A stretch of 49,700 nt of DNA from Escherichia coli. GTDB lineage: Bacteria > Pseudomonadota > Gammaproteobacteria > Enterobacterales > Enterobacteriaceae. Shown here piece by piece: positions 44,237 through 49,700 of this stretch. A program made the translations under genes and the position numbers. The notes below the pieces were generated by a model, which worked only from the letters and a program-made list of their open reading frames with translations, searched no databases and had not been told where the DNA came from. Numbering within the stretch: the stretch's first letter is position 1; every line of letters starts with the position of its first letter. The stretch lies in assembly GCF_003334255.1 (NCBI RefSeq), contig NZ_QOWU01000038.1; one strand, given 5' to 3'.

Positions 44237-44801
44237 CAAGTTTATCCAGCGCCAGATTGAGTTCAACAATGTTGACAACCGGCTGGCCGATATATTTCAC
44301 CTGCGGTTGTTGGCTGTATTTTGCGATCAGTTGCGTGAGCTGTTCAACGCTGAGATTACGCGCTTTCGCCACGCGTGGGATTTGCCAGGCCGCCGCTTGC
44401 GGGGTGATATTATTGTCCAGCCCGCTTGCCGATGCCGTCACCAGTTCAACCGGAACGCTCGCGCTGGCATCCGGGTTAGCGGCCCGTAATGCAGCAACGC
44501 GTGCGGCTATTAGTTTATCCAGCTCAGGGTTACTGACCGCCAGATTGCTCCCGCCAGAAGCCTGTGGATTATAGGGCATTTCTGCCGTTGCCGACGGGCG
44601 ACCATGAAAATAGCCGTTGCCGGTAAAATTCTGCCCGATTAATGCCGAACCGCGCACCGTATCACCTTCACGAATCAACGAACCATTGGCCTGCCAGGGA
44701 AACCACCATTGCCCCAGTACGGTGGTCAGCAGCGGGTAAACGCCGCCAGTAATCAATAACAGAAAGATAAATGTTGATAATGCCGGACGTAATCCACTCA
44801 T
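44229..44801 (-). CDS. kdpC: K+-transporting ATPase subunit C
   Basis: 190 aa from [27 protein letters not shown]. Confidence 0.9.
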   Translation of the reverse strand: MSGLRPALSTFIFLLLITGGVYPLLTTVLGQWWFPWQANGSLIREGDTVRGSALIGQNFTGNGYFHGRPSATAEMPYNPQASGGSNLAVSNPELDKLIAARVAALRAANPDASASVPVELVTASASGLDNNITPQAAAWQIPRVAKARNLSVEQLTQLIAKYSQQPQVKYIGQPVVNIVELNLALDKLDE

Positions 44802-44809
44802 GGTAAACC

Positions 44810-46858
44810 TCACACCAGACCGCAAACGGTCAGCAGTAAATCAATGACTTTGATACCGATAAACGGCACCAGCAGCCCACCCAGACCGTAAATCCATAAG
44901 TTACGGCGCAACATGGCAGAAGCGGTAAGCGGTTTATAACTCACGCCTTTTAACGCCAGGGGAATCAAAAAGACGATAATCAAGGCGTTGAAAATCACCG
45001 CACTGAGGATTGCGGAGTCGGGCGAATGCAGGCACATGATGTTCAGCGCATTTAACTGCGGATACGTTGCCGCGAATGCCGCCGGAATAATGGCGAAGTA
45101 TTTCGCCACATCGTTGGCAATGCTGAAGGTGGTCAGCGAGCCACGGGTCATCAGCATCTGTTTGCCAATGTGCACCACCTCGATCAACTTGGTCGGGTTA
45201 GAGTCGAGATCGACCATATTGCCCGCCTCTTTCGCCGCCTGGGTGCCGGAGTTCATCGCCACCGCGACATCTGCCTGCGCCAGCGCCGGAGCATCGTTGG
45301 TGCCGTCGCCGGTCATCGCTACCAAACGACCTTCCGCCTGATACTGACGGATCAATGCCAGCTTGGCCTCCGGTGTCGCTTCGGCGAGAAAATCATCGAC
45401 ACCCGCTTCCGCAGCAATCGCGGCGGCAGTCAGACGGTTATCGCCGGTAATCATCACCGTTTTAATGCCCATTTTGCGCAGCTGGGCGAAGCGCTCTTTA
45501 ATACCGCCTTTGACGATATCTTTCAGCGCAATAACGCCCAGCACACGAGAACCTTCCACCACCACCAGCGGCGTGGCTCCCTGACGCGCAACCTGATCGA
45601 CTTTTTGATCAACATCGGTAGGGAAGTGACCACCGTTAGCCTCAACATGGCGACGAATGGCATCGACAGAACCTTTACGGATCATGCGGTTGTCGATGTT
45701 GATCCCGCTCATCCGGCTTTGCGCAGTAAACGGTACAAAGGTGGCATGGAGCGACTGCACATCGCGCTCGCGCAGGTTAAAACGCTGCTTGGCGAGGATC
45801 ACAATACTGCGGCCTTCCGGCGTTTCATCAGCCAGCGAAGCCAGTTGTGCGGCGTCAGCCAGCGTTTTTTCATCCACGCCCTGCGCGGGGATAAACTCCG
45901 ACGCCTGACGGTTACCGAGTGTGATGGTGCCGGTTTTATCCAGTAGCAGAACGTCAACGTCACCTGCCGCTTCAACTGCACGTCCGCTGGTGGCAATCAC
46001 ATTCGCGCCTAGCATCCGGCTCATCCCGGCGACGCCGATCGCTGACAACAGGCCGCCAATAGTGGTTGGGATCAGACAGACCAGCAGCGCCACCAGTACC
46101 GTTACGCTGACTGCATTACCGCCCCACGCGGAAAACGGCCACAGCGTGGCGGTTGCCAGTAAAAAGACGATAGTCAGGGCAATCAGCAGAATGGTCAGGG
46201 CAATTTCGTTCGGCGTTTTGCGTCGCTGTGCGCCTTCCACCATCGCGATCATCCGATCCAGAAATGTCTCGCCGGGGTTAACGCTACACTCAATCACCAG
46301 CCAGTCAGAAAGAATACGCGTGCCGCCGGTGACGGAGGCAAAATCGCCGCCGGATTCACGGATCACCGGTGCCGATTCCCCGGTGATGGCGCTTTCATCG
46401 ACCGATGCACCCCCTTCAATAACTTCACCATCGCAGGGGATAATATCGCCAGCTTCTACCAGTACGATATCGCCTTTACGAAGTTGGTCGGCAGGAACTT
46501 TGTCCGCCGCAGCGCCATATTTCGGCTCACGCAGCTTGCGGGCAAAGGCAGTTTTTTTCACCCCTTTCAGACTGTTGGCCTGCGCTTTACTGCGGCCTTC
46601 TGCCAGCGCCTCGGCGAAATTAGCGAACAGTACGGTGATCCACAGCCAACCGCTAATGGCCGCGCTAAACAGCGCATTGCCGGGCATCGCACCGCTTGCC
46701 ATCGCGATGCTAATACAGGTGGTCAGCAGACTGCCGATCCAGACGATAAACATCACCGGATTGCGCCATTGCGCCTGCGGGTTTAATTTTTTCACCGCTT
46801 CTTTCAGCGCCTGAACGACAAGTGTTGGTTCGAATAGCGCCAGTTGTTTACGACTCAT
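44810..46858 (-). CDS. kdpB: K+-transporting P-type ATPase catalytic subunit B
   Basis: 682 aa; phosphorylation motif DKTGTIT; TGDN and [10 protein letters not shown] hinge motifs. Confidence 0.95.
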
Positions 46859-46880
46859 ATTCAGTGCTCACTCAATATCA

Positions 46881-48554
46881 TCAGGAGAGATATTCCGCCA
46901 CCGGACCAAGCGCCAGGGCAGGGATAAAGGTCAGTGCGCCAACCAGCAACACGGTGCCGATTAACAGGCCAACAAACAGCGGGCCGTGCGTTGGCAGCGT
47001 GCCGGAGCTGGCGGCTTGGCTCTTTTTACTCACCAGCGAACCGGCAATTGCCATCACCGGGATAATCACCCCGAAGCGACCGACAAACATGCAGAACGCC
47101 AGTAAACAGTTCCAGAACGGAGAGTTGGCGCTTAATCCGGCAAAGGCGCTGCCGTTGTTGTTAGCGGCGGATGACACGGCGTACAGCACTTCGCTAAAAC
47201 CATGCGGGCCAGGGTTGAGCATGGCGCTACGTCCGGCGTCGGTCATCATCGCCAACGCCGCGCCCATCAGCACCAGCGTCGGGGTAACCAGAATTGCCAG
47301 TGCAGTCAGTTTCATCTCGCGTACGTCGATTTTTTTACCCAGATATTCCGGTGTACGACCAATCATCAGCCCGGCAATAAACACCGCCAGCAGGACAAAC
47401 AGCATCATGCCGTAAAGACCAGAACCGACACCGCCGAACACCACTTCACCAATTTGCATCAGCCACATCGGCACCATGCCACCGAGAGCGGTAAACGAAT
47501 CATGCATCGCAATCACCGCGCCACAGGAAGCCGCCGTCGTCACGACCGCAAACAGGCTACTGACCAGCACGCCGAAACGGCTCTCTTTACCTTCCATATT
47601 GATGCTGCTGTCCGTGCCCAGTGCCAGCAGATGAGGATTACCCTGAACTTCTGCCCACATCACCACGCCTACGCAGATGACAAAAATCACTGACATCGCC
47701 CACAGCAACATGCGCCCCTGGCGGCGATCGCCCGTCACTTCACCAAAGGCAAAGCACAGCGCCGTTGGGATCAAGAAGATCGCCAGCATCTGCACGAAGT
47801 TGGTCAGTGCGGTTGGGTTTTCAAACGGATGCGACGAGTTGGCATTAAAGAAGCCACCGCCGTTAGTACCGAGCATCTTGATCGCTTCCTGAGAAGCTAC
47901 AGGCCCCATGGGTAACAGCTGTTGCGCTCCTTCAACGGTATTCACAGCCTGATAAGGCAGAAAGTTTTGCAGCGCACCTTGTTGAATAAAAAACAGTGCA
48001 ATCAACAACGCCACAGGGACTAGCACCCATAACGTGATGCGTAGCAGATCGACCCAGGCATTCCCGAGCGTGCTCATGCTCTGGCGGGTAAACGCACGGA
48101 TGAGGGCAAAAATCACCGCAATCCCGCTGGCGGCAGAAAGAAAGTTTTGCACCGTTAAGCCCGCCATCTGGCTGAAATAGCTCAACGTGGTTTCACCGCT
48201 ATAAGATTGCCAGTTGGTATTGGTGACAAAGCTGACGGCGGTATTCAGCGCCAGATCCCACGACAGCCCTGGCAACTGCTGTGGATTAAGCGGCAGATAG
48301 TGCTGACCGAGCAACATAAAAAACAGCACCGCCAGCCCCAGCATGTTCAGGCCGAGAATGGCACAAAGATATTGCTTCCAGTTCATCTCACGGTCAGAGA
48401 CGCCAAGTGCGCGAAAAAGTACGCGCTCAACGCCCGTTGTACCGGGAAGAGGAATGTCATTAATCAGCCGCGCCAGCCCGCTGCCTAAAGGACGCGCCAG
48501 CACCATTAACACCAGTAAAAACGTGGCGATCAGTAAGAACCCTTGCGCAGCCAT
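46881..48554 (-). CDS. kdpA: K+-transporting ATPase channel-like subunit A
   Basis: 557 aa from [16 protein letters not shown]..; the track ORF extends 48 codons upstream across kdpF. Confidence 0.9.
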
Positions 48555-48643
48555 CAGAACGCCTCCGCATTGATCAGGGCATAAACCAGATAACCCAGTA
48601 ATAAAAACACCAGCAATACGCCGGTTATCACGCCTGCACTCAC
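48554..48643 (-). CDS. kdpF: 29-residue single-TM subunit of the Kdp complex
   Basis: GTG start at 48643 with GGAGGTG upstream; product (M)[28 protein letters not shown]; stop overlaps the kdpA start. Confidence 0.75.
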
Positions 48644-48716
48644 AGTGCACCTCCAGTGGCCTAAAAGTGATACCGGAAGGGTAGAATTCTGGCTGCAAAG
48701 ATTTCGCAAAAATCTG

Positions 48717-48746
48717 CGGGCGGGGTGTAAAAAAAGTATAAAAATG
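48717..48746 (-). promoter_or_regulatory. KdpE binding site in the kdpFABC promoter
   Basis: Minus-strand CATTTTTATACTTTTTTTACACCCCGCCCG: direct repeats TTTATA / TTTACA, about 75 nt upstream of the kdpF start. Confidence 0.6.
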
Positions 48747-48955
48747 GCAAAAGCCATGATTTAACTAATGTTTAGTATTAATTTAACTTTTGTGTAACTT
48801 AATTACAGGATGAATGTAAATAAACCATCAATAAGCAAAAATAAGTGGTCGGATGAGTAGTAAAATTACACAAAAGGCGGTACTATTTTCATCAGATAAA
48901 CAAATTCATTTTTCCGGTGCCATTCACCGGGTAGATACAAAAGGGGGAGAAAAGT

Positions 48956-49162
48956 ATGGAACTCTACAGAGAATATCCTGCATGGCTTATCTTTTTACGC
49001 CGTACTTATGCGGTTGCAGCGGGCGTTCTGGCGCTGCCTTTCATGCTTTTCTGGAAAGACCGCGCCCGCTTTTACAGCTACCTGCATCGCGTCTGGTCGA
49101 AAACCAGCGATAAACCGGTGTGGATGGATCAGGCCGAAAAGGCAACTGGTGATTTTTATTGA
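48956..49162 (+). CDS. ybfA: Small membrane protein
   Basis: 68 aa, [33 protein letters not shown]..; GGAG-rich sequence upstream. Confidence 0.7.
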
Positions 49163-49186
49163 TTGCTGAGTTTTGAATACATTGAA

Positions 49187-49217
49187 AACCGCCAGCGGAA
49201 ACGCTGGCGGTTTTTTG
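49187..49217 (+). terminator. Intrinsic terminator after ybfA
   Basis: aaaa-ccgccagcg-gaaa-cgctggcgg-tttttt. Confidence 0.8.
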
Positions 49218-49404
49218 TATCAGGAAGATGTTCAGAGGAATATTTAGACATCGTTATACCAATCGAAACATATATTCATGAAATATATATAAATATTTTC
49301 CTAATTGTTCTTATCTGACAGATATCTCACTTAAGGCTTTCTTATAAATCTGTAGGGTTTCGCCTGTCAGCAGACAAATAACCCGATAAAACAAGGATGA
49401 GCAG

Positions 49405-49700
49405 ATGAGCGGAAAACCGGCGGCGCGTCAGGGCGACATGACGCAGTATGGCGGTAGCATTGTCCAGGGTTCAGCCGGGGTACGCATCGGTGCCCCCACC
49501 GGCGTGGCCTGTTCGGTGTGCCCCGGCGGGGTGACGTCCGGCCATCCGGTCAATCCGCTGCTCGGTGCAAAGGTCCTTCCCGGTGAAACCGACATCGCCC
49601 TGCCCGGCCCGCTGCCGTTCATTCTCTCCCGCACCTACAGCAGTTACCGGACAAAAACGCCCGCGCCGGTGGGGAGCCTCGGCCCCGGCTGGAAAATGCC
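49405..49700 (+). CDS. rhsC: 5' end of an Rhs-family polymorphic toxin gene (runs off the window)
   Basis: ATG 49405 with AAGGA upstream; product MSGKPAARQGDMTQYGGSIVQGSAGVRIGAPTGVACSVCPGG..LPFILSRTYSSYRTKTPAPVGSLGPGWKM, the conserved Rhs N-terminus; sharp rise in GC content; no stop before the window end. Confidence 0.8.
   Translation, partial: MSGKPAARQGDMTQYGGSIVQGSAGVRIGAPTGVACSVCPGGVTSGHPVNPLLGAKVLPGETDIALPGPLPFILSRTYSSYRTKTPAPVGSLGPGWKM

Noticed and set aside
45170-46814. Two long plus-strand ORFs (258 and 297 aa), the latter rich in Ser, Ala, Pro and Thr
   Set aside because: Both are antisense to kdpB (P-type ATPase motifs DKTGT and GDGxNDAP present on the minus strand); the composition reflects the GC-rich opposite strand.
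49428-49634. 68-aa minus-strand ORF, rich in Pro, Gly and Ala
   Set aside because: Antisense within the GC-rich Rhs N-terminal coding region; an artefact of high GC content.

Overview
This window reads as ordinary enterobacterial core chromosome, and I recognise it (from memory of gene order, not from any search) as the Escherichia coli ybeT-hscC / gltLKJI / lnt-corC-ybeY-ybeZ-miaB / ubiF / tRNA / asnB / nagDCAB-nagE / glnS / chiPQ / fur-fldA / seqA-pgm / potE-speF / kdpFABCDE / ybfA / rhsC neighbourhood. Almost every ORF of 150 codons or more in the track is either a recognisable housekeeping gene or an antisense shadow of one. I found no integrase, transposase, CRISPR array, prophage or clearly foreign island, so I do not think the window holds a wholly new multi-gene system. 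The observations most worth a second look are: (1) the atypical Hsp70 module (djlB fragment, ybeT, ybeU, djlC, hscC), where the Hsp70 lacks any canonical start codon in front of its conserved N-terminus and the upstream J-protein paralog appears cut by an in-frame TAA; (2) a tRNA operon holding only tRNA-Met and tRNA-Gln(CUG); (3) a kdpE 3'-end fragment forming ~139-bp direct repeats around the speFL-speF-potE module; (4) the start of an Rhs polymorphic-toxin gene at the window edge. Gene coordinates below are refined from the ORF track by checking start codons and ribosome-binding sites by eye; homology statements are by inspection and recall, with no alignment scores computed.
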